This document shows positions 12,001 through 23,657 of a stretch of DNA of 64,000 bases, piece after piece. The DNA comes from Eledone cirrhosa. Its lineage: Eukaryota. A model generated the notes under the pieces. It was not told where the DNA came from and searched no databases. It saw only the letters and a program-made list of their open reading frames with translations. The DNA lies in the NCBI GenBank assembly GCA_964016885.1, contig OZ024762.1:29574001-29638000 (forward strand), read 5' to 3'. Each line of letters starts with the position of its first letter. The stretch's first letter is position 1. Both the position numbers and the translations under genes were made by a program.

Positions 12001-15000
12001 GGTGGTGGGTTGGTAGTAAGGGTAGAGGGTCAGATGTCATGTTAGGGTGGTGGGTTGGCAGTATTGGTAGAGGGTCAGATGTCATGCTAGGGTGGTGGGT
12101 TGGCAGTAAGGGTAGAGGGTCAGATGTCAGGTTAGGGTGGTGGGTTGGCAGTATTGGTTAAAGGGTCAGATGTCAGGTTAGGGTGGTGGGTTGGTAGTAA
12201 GGGTAGAGGGTCAGATGTCAGGTTAGGGTGGTGGGTTGGTAGTATTGGTAGAGGGTCAGATGTCATGTTAGGGTGGTGGGTTGGCAGTATTGGTAGAGTG
12301 TCAGATGTCAGGTTAGGGTGGTGGGTTGGCAGTAAGGGTAGAGGATCAGATGTCAGGTTAGGGTGGTGGGTTGGCAGTATTGGTAGAGGGTCAGATGTCA
12401 GGTTAGGGTGGTGGGTTGGCAGTATTGGTAGAGGGTCAGATGTCAGGTTAGGGTGGTGGGTTGGCAGTAAGGGTAGAGGGTCAGATGTCAGGTTAGGGTG
12501 GTGGGTTGGCAGTATTGGTAGAGGGTCAGATGTCAGGTTAGGGTGGTGGGTTGGCAGTATTTGTAGAGGGTCAGATGCTATGTTAGGGTGGTGGGTTGGC
12601 AGTAAGGGTAGAGGGTCAGATGTCATGTTAGGGTGGTAGATTGGCAGTATTGGTAGAGGGTCAGATGTCAGGTTAGGGTGGTGGGTTGGCAGTATTGGTA
12701 GAGGGTCAGATGTCAGGTTAGGTTGGTGGGTTGGTAGTAAGGGTAGAGGGTCAGATGTCATGTTAGGGTGGTGGGTTGGCAGTATTGGTAGAGGGTCAGA
12801 TGTCATGCTAGGGTGGTGGGTTGGCAGTAAGGTTAGAGGGTCAGATGTCAGGATAGGGTGGTGGGTTGGCAGTATTGGTAGAGGGTCAGATGTCAGGTTA
12901 GGGTGGTGGGTTGGTAGTAAGGGTAGAGGGTCAGATGTCAGGTTAGGGTGGTGGGTTGGCAGTATTGGTAGAGGGTCAGATGTCATGTTAGGGTGGTGTG
13001 TTGGCAGTATTGGTAGAGGGTCAGATGTCAGGTTAGCGTGGTGGGTTGGCAGTAAGGGTAGAGGGTCAGATGACAGGTTAGGGTGGTGGGTTGGCAGTAT
13101 TGGTAGAGGGTCAGATGTCAGGTTAGGGTGGTGGGTTGGCAGTAAGGGTAGAGGGTCAGATGTCAGGTTAGGGTGGTGGGTTGGCAGTATTGGTAGAGGG
13201 TCAGATGTCAGGTTAGGGTGGTGGGTTGGCAGTATTGGTAGAGGGTCAGATGCCATGTTAGGGTGGTGGGTTGGCAGTAAGGGTAGAGGGTCAGATGTCA
13301 TGTTAGGGTGGTAGATTGGCAGTATTGGTAGTTGGTCAGATGTCAGGTTAGGGTGGTGGGTTGGCAGTATTGGTAGAGGGTCAGATGTCAGGTTAGGCTG
13401 GTGGGTTGGCAGTATTGGTAGAGGGTCAGATGTCAGGTTAGGGTGGTGGGTTGTCAGTAAGGGTAGAGGGTCAGATGTCAGGTTAGGGTGGTGGGTTGGC
13501 AGTATTGGTAGAGGGTCAGATGTCAGGTTAGGGTGGTGGGTTGGCAGTATTGGTAGAGGGTCAGATGTCAGGTTAGGGTGGTGGGTTGGCAGTAAGGGTA
13601 GAGGATCAGACACCATGTTAGGGTGGTGGGTTGGCAGTAAGGGTAGAGGATCAGACACCATGTTAGGGTGGTGGGTTGGCAGTAAGGGTAGAGGGTCGGA
13701 CGCCATGTTAGGGTGGTGGGTTGGCAGTAAGGGTAGAGGGTCAGATGTCAGGTTAGGGTGGTGGGTTGGCAGTATTGGTAGAGGGTCACATGTCAGGTTA
13801 GGGTGGTGGTTTCGCAGTAAGGGTAGAGGGTCAGATGTCATGTTAGGGTGGTGGGTTGGCAATATTGGTAGAGGGTCAGATGTCAGGTTAGGGTGGTGGG
13901 TTGGCAGTAAGGGTAGAGGGTCAGACACCATGTTAGGGTGGTGGGTTGGCAGTAAGGGTAGAGGGTCGGACGCCATGTTAGGGTGGTGGGTTGGCAGTAA
14001 GGGTAGAGGGTCAGATGTCAGGTTAGGGTGGTGGGTTGGCAGTAAGGGTAGAGGGTCGGACGCCATGTTAGGGTGGTGGGTTGGCAGTAAGGGTAGAGGG
14101 TCAGATGTCAGGTTAGGGTGGTGGTTTGGCAGTAAGGGTAGAGGGTCAGATGTCATGTTAGGGTGGTGGGTTGGCAGTATTGGTAGAGGGTCAGATGTCA
14201 GGTTAGGGTGGTGGGTTGGCAGTAAGGTTAGAGGGTCAGACACCATATTAGGGTTGTGGGTTGGCAGTAAGGGTAGAGGTTCGGACGCCATGTTAGGGTG
14301 GTGGGTTGGCAGTATTGGTAGAGGGTCAGATGTCAGGTTAGGGTGGTGGGTTGGCAGTAAGGGTAGAGGGTCAGACACCATGTTAGGGTGGTGGGTTGGC
14401 AGTATAGGTAGAGGGTCAGATGTCATGTTAGGGTGGTGGGTTGGCAGTAAGGGTAGAGGGTCAGATGTCAGATTACGGTGGTGGGTTGGCAGTAAGGGTA
14501 GAGGGTCAGATGTCAGGTTAGGGTGGTGGGTTGGCAGTATTGGTAGAGGGTCAGACACCATGTTAGGGTGGTGGATTGGCAGTATTGGTAGAGGGTCAGA
14601 TGTCAGGTTAGGGTGGTGGGTTGGCAGTATTGGTAGAGGGTCAGACACCTTATTAGGGTGGTGGGTTGGCAGTAAGGGTAGAGGGTCAGACACCATGTTA
14701 GGGTGGTGGATTGGCAGTATTGGTAGAGGGTCAGATGTCAGGTTAGGGTGGTGGGTTGGCAGTAAGGGTAGAGGGTCAGACACCATGTTAGGGTGGTGGA
14801 TTGGCAGTATTGGTAGAGGGTCAGATTTTAGGTTAGGGTGGTGGGTTGGCAGTATTGGTAGAGGGTCAGACACCATGTTAGGGTGGTGGATTGGCAGTAT
14901 TGGTAGAGGGTCAGATGTCAGGTTAGGGTGGTGGGTTGGCAGTAAGGGTAGAGGGTCAGACACCATGTTAGGGTGGTGGATTGGCAGTATTGGTAGAGGG

Positions 15001-15145
15001 TCAGATGTCAGGTTAGGCTGGTGGGTTGGCAGTATTGGTAGAGGGTCAGACACCATGTTAGGGTGGTGGGTTGGCAGTAAGGGTAGAGGGTCAGACACCA
15101 TGTTAGGGTGGTGGATTGGCAGTATTGGTAGAGGGTCGGACGCCA
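1..15145 (+). repeat. 45-bp G-rich minisatellite array (~335 units, open at window start), derived from the 5' head of a tRNA-derived SINE
   Basis: Unit agtaagggtagagggtcagatgtcaggttagggtggtgggttggc, with common variants agtattggta, gacaccatg and gatgccatg. It has one TTAGGG per unit and up to four GGG tracts, and runs directly into a complete SINE at ~15105. Confidence 0.97.
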
Positions 15146-15300
15146 TTCTTTGACACATAGAGTTACGGCCCTTTCCATTCTGAGTTCAAATCCCGCCGAG
15201 GTTAACTTTGCCTTTCATCCTTACGGGGTCAATAAGATAAAGTACCAGTAATACACTGGGGTAATTGCTGGCCTTGTGCCTAACGTAGAAACAATTATTA
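15105..15300 (+). mobile_element. tRNA-derived SINE (family A), essentially full length
   Basis: A-box-like TGGCAGTATTGG at 15117 and B-box GAGTTCAAATCC at 15182. Central GCCTTTCATCCTTACGGGGTC..TAAAGTACCAG resembles the Meta-SINE domain. 3' end is gccttgtgcctaacgtagaaacaattatta. At least five other copies occur in the window. Confidence 0.85.
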
Positions 15301-15304
15301 CAGT

Positions 15305-15480
15305 CCATCCAATGTAGCATGCATGCATGCTTCCTGTGTACCAGTCTTCTGCACACACCGCCAAAATCTCGCTACCATGCAACATTGATGTTCCTATGCA
15401 GGCATTAAACAGTTTGCCTTCCATTTTCAGGGAAAAGTCTTCCATCGCGCGGATAAACCCCCAACTATTGCTGCTACTCA
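15305..15480 (-). pseudogene. Short degenerate RTE LINE ORF fragment
   Basis: Minus-strand translation FSLKMEGKLFNACIGTSMLHGSEILAVCAED matches the RTE C-terminal segment at 28986-29378 (MKGRLYDACIQTAMLHGSETWALCAED). Confidence 0.75.
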
Positions 15481-15499
15481 TGTTCAGATTAGTAGACTG

Positions 15500-18400
15500 G
15501 ATCAACATGAAATGTGTTTTGATCAACATGGAATTTGTTTTGATCAACATGAAATGTGTTTTGATCAACATGAAATGTGTTTTGATCAACATGAAATGTG
15601 TTTTGATCAACATGAAATGTGTTTTGTTCAACATGGAATGTGTTTTGTTCAACATGAAATGTGTTTTGATCAACATGAAATGTGTTTTGACCAACATGAA
15701 ATGTGTTTTGACCAACATGGAATGTGTTTTGATCAACATGAAATGTGTTTTGACCAACATGGAATGTGTTTTTGATCAACATGAAATGTGTTTTGACCAA
15801 CATGAAATGTGTTTTGACCAACATGAAATGTGTTTTGATCAACATGAAATGTTTTGACCAACATGAAATGTGTTTTGATCAAGATGAAATGTGTTTTGAT
15901 CAACATGAAATGTGTTTTGATCAACATGAAATGTGTTTTGACCAACATGAAATGTGTTTTGATCAACATGAAATGTGTTTTGACCAACATGAAATGTGTT
16001 TTGATCAACATGAAATGTGTTTTGACCAACATGAAATGTGTTTTGATCAACATGAAATGTGTTTTGATCAACATGAAATGTGATTTGTTCAACATGAAAT
16101 GTGTTTTGATCAACATGAAATGTGTTTTGATCAACATGAAATGTGTTTTGACCAACATGAAATGTGTTTTGATCAACATGAAATGTGTTTTGACCAACAT
16201 GAAATGTGTTTTGATCAACATGAAATGTGTTTTGATCAACATGAAATGTGATTTGATCAACATGAAATGTGTTTTGATCAACATGAAATGTGTTTTCATC
16301 AACATGAAATGTGTTTTGACCAACATGAAACGTGTTTTGATCAACATGAAATGTGTTTTGACCAACATGAAATGTGTTTTGACCAACATGAAATGTGTTT
16401 TGACCAACATGAAATGTGTTTTGATCAACATGAAATGTGTTTTGATCAACATGAAATGTGTTTTGATCAACATGAAATGTGTTTTGACCAACATGAAATG
16501 TGTTTTGATCAACATGAAATGTGTTTTGATCAACATGAAATGTGTTTTGACTAACATGAAATGTGTTTTGATCAACATGAAATGTGTTTTGACTAACATG
16601 AAATGTGTTTTGATCAACATGAAATGTGTTTTGTTCAACATGGAATGTGTTTTGTTCAACATGGAATGTGTTTTGTTCAACATGAAATGTGTTTTGACCA
16701 ACATGAAATGTGTTTTGATCAAGATGAAATGTGTTTTGACCAACATGGAATGTGTTTTGATCAACATGAAATGTGTTTTGATCAATATGAAGTGTGTTTT
16801 GACCAACATGAAATGTGTTTTGACCAACATGAAATGTGTTTTGATCAATATGAAATGTGTTTTGACCAACATGAAATGTGTTTTGAAAAACATGAAATGT
16901 GTTTTGATCAACATGAAATGTGTTTTGATCAACATGAAATGTGTTTTGATCAACATGAAATGTGTTTTGATCAACATGAAATGTGTTTTGACCAACATGA
17001 AATGTGTTTTGATCAACATGAAATGTGTTTTGATCAACATGAAATGTGTTTTGATCAACATGAAATGTGTTTTGACCAACATGAAATGTGTTTTGATCAA
17101 CATGAAATGTGTTTTGATCAACATGAAATGTGTTTTGACCAACATGAAATGTGTTTTGACCAACATGAAATGTGTTTTGATCAACATGAAATGTGTTTTG
17201 ATCAACATGAAATGTGTTTTGATCAACATGAAATGTGTTTTGATCAAGATGAAATGTGTTTTGATCAACATGAAATGTGTTTTGATCAACATCAAATGTG
17301 TTTTGATCAACATGAAATGTGTTTTGATCAACATGAAATGTGTTTTGACCAACATGAAATGTGTTTTGATCAACATGAAATGTGTTTTGATCAACATGAA
17401 ATGTGTTTTGATCAACATGAAATGTGTTTTGACTAACATGAAATGTGTTTTGATCAACATGAAATGTGTTTTGATCAACATGAAATGTGTTTTGATCAAC
17501 ATGAAATGTGTTTTCACCAACATGAAATGTGTTTTGTTCAACATGGAATGTGTTTTGTTCAACATGAAATGTGTTTTGATCAACATGAAATGTGTTTTGA
17601 TCAACATGAAATGTGTTTTGACTAACATGAAATGTGTTTTGATCAACATGAAATGTGTTTTGACCAACATGAAATGTGTTTTGTTCAACATGGAATGTGT
17701 TTTGTTCAACATGAAATGTGTTTTGACCAACATGAAATGTGTTTTGATCAAGATGAAATGTGTTTTGATCAACATGGAATGTGTTTTCATCAACATGAAA
17801 TGTGTTTTGATCAACATGAAATGTGTTTTGATCAACATGAAATGTGTTTTGATCAACATGAGATGTGTTTTGACCAACATGCAATGTGTTTTTGATCAAC
17901 ATGAAATGTGTTTTGACCAACATGAAATGTGTTTTGACCAACATGGAATGTGTTTTTGATCAACATGAAATGTTTTGATCAACATGAAATGTGTTTTGAT
18001 CAACATGAAATGTGTTTTGACCAACATGGAATGTGTTTTGATCAACATGAAATGTGTTTTGATCAATATGAAGTGTGTTTTGACCAACATGAAATGTGTT
18101 TTGACCAACATGAAATGTGTTTTGATCAACATGAAATGTGTTTTGACCAACATGAAATGTGTTTTGAAAAACATGAAATGTGTTTTGATCAACATGAAAT
18201 GTGTTTTGATCAACATGAAATGTGTTTTGATCAACATGAAATGTGTTTTGATCAACATGAAATGTGTTTTGACCAACATGAAATGTGTTTTGATCAACAT
18301 GAAATGTGTTTTGACCAACATGGAATGTGTTTTGATCAACATGAAATGTGTTTTGACCAACATGAAATGTGTTTTGATCAACATGAAATGTGTTTTGATC

Positions 18401-18806
18401 AACATGAAATGTGTTTTGACCAACATGAAATGTGTTTTGATCAACATGAAATGTGTTTTGATCAACATGGAATGTGTTTTGATCAACATGAAATGTGTTT
18501 TGATCAACATGGAATGTGTTTTGATCAACATGAAATGTGTTTTCACCAACATAAAATGTGTTTTGACCAACATGAAATGTGTTTGATCAACATGAAATGT
18601 GTTTTGACCAACATGAAATGTGTTTTGACCAACATGAAATGTGTTTTGACCAACATGAAATGTGTTTTGAGCAACATGAAATGTGTTTTGACCAACATGA
18701 AATGTGTTTTGATCAACATGAAATGTGTTTTGACCAACATGAAATGTGTTTTGATCAACATGAAATGTGTTTTGATCAACATGGAATGTGTTTTGATCAA
18801 CATGAA
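15500..18806. repeat. 21-bp minisatellite array (~157 units)
   Basis: Unit gatcaacatgaaatgtgtttt, with gacc, gttc and catgg variants and few indels. Confidence 0.97.
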
Positions 18807-18957
18807 ACCCACCGAAAATAAATAAGACATTATGATCTTAAGTCAAACACACCTACACTACGTGTCTCCAATCAAAAATACATATACATTATATATTCAT
18901 TAGTTAAGCAAAACAAGACCACAAATTTCACAAGGAAGACATTATTAAAAGAATGTC

Positions 18958-19872
18958 CCGTTCACTCGGACCATTCTCGCTACATTCACCCACCTTTTAA
19001 GATACTTGCTTGAAAGCAGCACTTGCCTCTCCACCCTGATTTTCCTCTTCAAGTGAAACTTGAAAAAGTTAATTAGGGATTCCCCGAAGAGGAAAGTGTT
19101 TGTCTTTAACCCTTTTAACCTTGTCCACCACACAATCTCTTTCGCCATGGTCACCAACCAGATGAAAACCACCTGCCCTTCCTCCTCGAAGGAAGACAGC
19201 GAGACCATCTGCACAATGGACTCAGTCGACAACCGGATCAGTCCCACACGTGACAGCAACTGTTCGACATAGCTCCACAAGTCAGCAATGCTCGGGCACT
19301 GAACGAGTGCGTGCACAACGGTTTCGTCACTCTGCACGCATCTCGGACAGGCTCAGCTGACGGCATTTCCATGCCTGTAGAGCTTATCTCGAACGGGCAG
19401 CGCTCCCCAGTAGCACTGCCAGGCCAGGGATTTTTGGAAGTTATCCATAGGCCCTGGGCTGAAAGTTCTCCGGAAGAGAGCAAACAGCTGATCTTCTTCA
19501 ACGTCCAGGATCTCTCCGAGAATGTCGTCGCTCTTCCCCTCCAATAGTCCTCTATAGAACATCTGAATATACGTCTGTAGTTTGAGAGATGGAAAAATTG
19601 AGAGAGGGCGCTTGCCCTGGTGGTCAGGGTGGCGTGGTCTTTTGTGTGGTTTTCGCCACTAGTAACCCTCGGAGGTTTCCCCCCCTATTGGGGAATTTTT
19701 CATTGTTTCAATTTTCATTTTTATTGTTTATATATATATATGTTTTATGTCCTTTTTTTTCTTCTCTTATATAAATAATAAAAATATTTACACGCACAAA
19801 ACCCACATCGTATCGTCCTGTGCCGTCTGTAATGTTTTTCTTGATGGCAGCCCTTGTGTCCAATAAAGAAAT
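18958..19872. mobile_element. 5'-truncated, 5'-inverted Tx1/L1-clade LINE insertion with 18-bp target-site duplication
   Basis: 18958-~19560 on the minus strand encodes a zf-RVT-like C-terminus (WQCYWGALPVRDKL...ETVVHALVQCP...RWVNVARMVRVNG). ~19564-19872 on the plus strand carries LNIRL*, a 3' UTR and AATAAA. The flanks are cattattaaaagaatgtc at 18940-18957 and 19873-19890. Confidence 0.8.
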
Positions 19873-19960
19873 CATTATTAAAAGAATGTCAACATATTTT
19901 AGTTTGATGTAAGGCATGTAGAGAATAATAATAATAATAATATTAATAATAATAATGTCC

Positions 19961-20079
19961 GTTTACAATTGTTTCGCTACTCCATATAATATTCCTGGAT
20001 CAGATGACTATATATGATAATTGATCTGTTCAGTTGAAAATAATTAACATATTTAAAAGACAGAGCGGCTCATCGGAAC
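19961..20079 (-). ncRNA. Degenerate minimal type-I hammerhead ribozyme motif with long stem II
   Basis: Minus strand reads gtt-CCGATGA-gccgctc...gagtagc-GAAA-CAATTG-TA-aac. There is one core substitution (CUGAUGA>CCGAUGA), a palindromic loop 3 and a 3-bp stem I. Confidence 0.5.
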
Positions 20080-20091
20080 TTCAAAGGAATA

Positions 20092-20153
<62 letters not shown>

Positions 20154-20449
20154 TCTACATTCCTTACATCAAACTAAAATATGTTGACAATCTTTTAATA
20201 ATGTCTTCCTTGTGAAATTTGTGGTCTTGTTTTGCTTAACTAATGAATATTTCCAGCTCTGCGCACCTAACTTCTGCATGAACCCAGCCACCTAGCTGTT
20301 TTCTACTGCATATTGCACATTGAGCACATGCCTTTACGCTTTGGCTTCTAACTAATTCACCAATCTCTCCTCTCATATCTCCTCTCCTATCTCCATCTCT
20401 CTCTTTAAGATTGGTTACTCTTGAACTGTGTATACATTATATATATAAT

Positions 20450-20640
20450 TGTTTCTACTTTTGGCACAAGGCCAGTAATTATCCCAGTACGTTACTGGTA
20501 CTTTTATTTTATCGACCCCGTAAGGATGAAAGGCAAAGTTAACCTTGGAGGGATTTGAACTCAGACCGTAAAGGGACGTAACTCTATTCTGCAAAGCATG
20601 GCATCCGACCCTCTACCGATACTGCCAATCCACCTCCTTT
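20450..20640 (-). mobile_element. tRNA-derived SINE family A copy with 17-bp TSD
   Basis: Reverse complement of the 15105-15300 SINE, flanked by tacattatatatataat at 20433-20449 and 20641-20657. Confidence 0.88.
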
Positions 20641-20836
20641 TACATTATATATATAATAAATAAATTATACATTATATATATAATAAATAAATACAGAGCT
20701 TAGATATATATTTATCTATATATTACAAATAGAAATAATATTTAAATATTTCATTATGATCCCAAGTCTTGCGTCCTTACCCTAGGCCATGTCCACATAC
20801 ACACATACATTGATAAATACATACATACATACATAC

Positions 20837-22365
20837 TGTCCTGGCTAAGACATTAAACTACATCCAGTTCGAAGCTGTTGGGAATGTGGAGTTACCGTTT
20901 AGTTCTCATAACTCCCAGGTCTGCTCTGGGCCGGAGAAGTAGTACCTGTTAGGGCCCTGTTTATGGGTGAAATAACTACCTTATTTGAGTGGCGCCGGTA
21001 AGGTATTGTCAGCCACTGAAAAGAACCATGGAAAGTCGATTTAACAGCACTAGGGTTAGAGCCCCTAATTACACTGTCAAGGAGCAGTCTGGTCGTTATG
21101 ACTCTTCTGGCTTAGAGCCACAGGGAGGGCCAGTGGATGATGGATCAGCTATCTCTGAGACAAATATAAAGAATGCAGTTTTGTCCTGCAGAAGAGCCAA
21201 TAAAATGGGCACTTTGAATGTGAGGACTATTCGGACGCTGGAGAAGAGAGAGGAGTTGGGACATCTGTTCGAAGAGAGTGGTATGCAGATACTTACAATC
21301 CAACAACACAGGATCCTACACGATGAGCCCGTGAGGAGTGTGATGATTGGGAAGATGAGCCAGCTCATCACGACATCGGCAGTGAAGAACACAACAAATG
21401 CTGCAGTAGGAGGAGTGGGTTTTGTGTTCAGTGCAAAAACCAATCTGTTGGTGAGGGAAATAATGCCTATCTCCCCGCGAGTGTTGAGGGTGACCTTCAA
21501 TGGAAACCCAAGACTGACAGTCATCTCAGCCTATAGTCCAACCGAGGGAGACAGTGATGTGAGTGCGGAAGAGTTCCATGAGGAGGTGTGTAGAGCTGTC
21601 AACACCACACAAGCTCACAACATCCTGCTTGTTTTGGGGGACTTCAATGCACATCTGAGTAAGGAGGGCAGTGAAGATCCTTGCTGGTAATTCCATAACA
21701 ACACCAACCGAAATGGAAGACTACTGAGAGACACCCTGCTGGAGGCGAATTTGATGGCAACCAACCTAAGGTTTAGGAAGAATCCGGGGAAGATGTGGAC
21801 CTACATCTCAGATATGCACCTGTTCAAGTCCCAGATTGATTTCATTCTGGTGAGGAAAAAGTGGCGGAATAGTGTTCTGAACACAGAACCATACAGCTAT
21901 TTCAGTACACTGGGTGGTGACCACCGGCTTGTTATGAGTGAGGTCCAGGTGAACTTAAGAAAGAGCAAGGCTCAGCCCCGGAGAACAATCTATGAATGGG
22001 ATGCTTTCAAGGAAGATGATAAGCTACAGGAGAGGTTCACAGTGGAAGTGAGGAACAGGTTCAGTGCTCTGTGTGGAGAGTCAGAGGAGAGAGAGATTGG
22101 ATGGACCGAGGAGAGTGTGACGAGGAGGTACGGGAACTTCACCAATGCAGTGGCGGAAGCAAGTGAAACCCTGGTGCCGAGGAAAAAGAACAAAGGGAAG
22201 CACGTCAGCTCTGCAAACCCAAAAGTGTGTGCAGCCAGAGAACACCTGAAAGCTGCTAAGGGCCAATTCTATGCTGGTCCTACGGGGGAGAGGATGGAGA
22301 CTGTGGAGGTGATGAGGGAAGAACTCTGTACCGCTTACACTGAGGTCAGAGAGGAGACACTGAGA
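20837..22365 (+). pseudogene. 5' part of an RTE-like non-LTR retrotransposon: APE endonuclease domain, 3'-truncated, with a premature stop
   Basis: Motifs GTLNVRT, VISAYSPT, VLGDFNAH, QIDFILV and DHRLV lie in ORFs 20989-21690 and 21751-22374, which share a frame with TAA at 21688. No RT domain follows; the sequence ends in (TA)n. Confidence 0.88.
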
Positions 22366-22386
22366 TATATATAGATATATATATAT

Positions 22387-22674
22387 AATATTACTTCAAA
22401 ATATTAATAAATATAGACATACATGTGATCAAATATATTTTATTATACATATTTCAGAGCTACTGAGCTATTTCATCAGTACGTCCTCATTAGATAAAAT
22501 AAATTGATGTCTGACATACCTCAACTGTGCTGATGGTTCAATTCCAGTTTTGGCAGACATCAATTTATTTTATCTGATGAGGGCGTACTGATGAAACAGC
22601 TCAGTACCTCTTAAATATGTATACCTGTTTGATCACATGTATGTCTATATTTATTAATATTTTGAAGTAATATT
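22387..22674. repeat. Fold-back inverted repeat (~125-bp arms) carrying a hammerhead-like motif in each arm; Penelope-like pLTR remnant
   Basis: 22387-22513 is the reverse complement of 22554-22674. The minus arm reads attttat-CTAATGA...GAAA-TATGTA-TA-ataaaat (22437-22500); the plus arm reads attttat-CTGATGA...TAAA-TATGTA-TA (22567-22623). Confidence 0.75.
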
Positions 22675-22704
22675 AATAACTCCAGAAAACCTACCTGTTG
22701 AGTG

Positions 22705-22848
22705 CTTCTAATCTATTGTAAAACTTTATTCATTGATTAATCAATGAACCCCTTGTTAAACTTTTGGCTATATATATATATATATATAACCAAAAGTTTA
22801 ACAAGGGGTTCATTGATCAATGAATAAAGTTTTACAATAGATTAGAAG
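22705..22848. repeat. Inverted repeat (~60-bp arms) around a (TA)n spacer
   Basis: ttctaatctattgtaaaactttattcattga...ttgttaaacttttgg pairs with ccaaaagtttaacaa...tcaatgaataaagttttacaatagattagaa. Confidence 0.8.
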
Positions 22849-23407
22849 GTGAAAGCAGCGATTCTTTGCTTAAACTTTAATCTGTTATTTTAATAAATAT
22901 ATATATATATATACTACATACATACACTATAATGTTGTCCAAAGGAATGGCTGAAACAGGTTGACACCAATGATGTCACAGCTCATCATTTAATATCCAA
23001 TCTGATGAGTTCCACTCCAGTTGCTAAGGACTGGGATGTTGAGATTTGTTACAAAAAAATCACTAAAACCAAGATACTGGGTTGGTATAACTACCTGGTT
23101 TGTATGTGGTTTGGTGTGGTATGATGTATGTCTGTTGTGTGGGATGTGGTGTGTGTGTGCAGAGTGATGTGGTTTTGTGTGTGTGTAGTATATAGAGGAC
23201 ATTTTACAAACATAGGACCTAGAAGGGGTGTGTGAGGACTCTACCCCCTACAACCCTCTCAGGAATGGGTGAAGAAAGTTGTATTTTCAAATGTGAATTA
23301 ATTTTTAAAAAGTCATAATTTCAACTGTCATGAAAGTACCATCCAACAAACATTAAAGTTATAAAATTGTTTTTATTTACACATAAATGTGGATATTTTG
23401 TAAATTC

Positions 23408-23650
23408 ACGAGATCCATGGATGAGTTCTCTCCAGTGGTCTCTGTCCCTCATTATCGCTCCCATGTCCTGCATCTCCAAGACACCAGTGCCTGTCCTGAG
23501 AGCATCAATATATGTTAACCTTGGTCTTCCTCGTCCAGTGTGTCAATGCAGGGGCTCCTACAGGAGCACTGAGTGCAGTGTCAACTCTGGATGTCGTTAA
23601 GCATGTCCAGCTAACCTCAGCCTCCTCTGTGTCACTGTCAAGCTGACTAT
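23408..23650 (-). pseudogene. RTE-type LINE ORF C-terminal fragment with several stops
   Basis: Hand translation of the minus strand: VTQRRLRLAGHA*RHPELTLHSVLL*EPLH*HTGRGRPRLTYIDALR...MRDRDHWRELI. Confidence 0.7.
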
Positions 23651-23657
23651 ATACATA

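Noticed and set aside
1-15145. Telomere or interstitial telomeric array
   Set aside because: TTAGGG occurs once per 45 bp and never in tandem, so this is not a telomerase product.
2498-15158. Very long His/Pro-rich ORFs (2835, 352 and 1008 aa, minus strand) and Trp/Gly-rich plus-strand ORFs as structural protein genes
   Set aside because: The unit length is a multiple of 3 and the C-rich strand has few codons one step from a stop. The unit derives from a SINE head, and there is no unique N- or C-terminal domain or signal peptide. RNA-seq or proteomics would be needed to revive the idea.
15500-18825. (MCFDQHE)n frame resembling the reflectin [M/F]D-x5 spacing
   Set aside because: It lacks the Tyr/Arg/Trp/Pro composition and linkers of reflectins. 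Several frames on both strands are equally open, and this frame has scattered stops and frameshifts.
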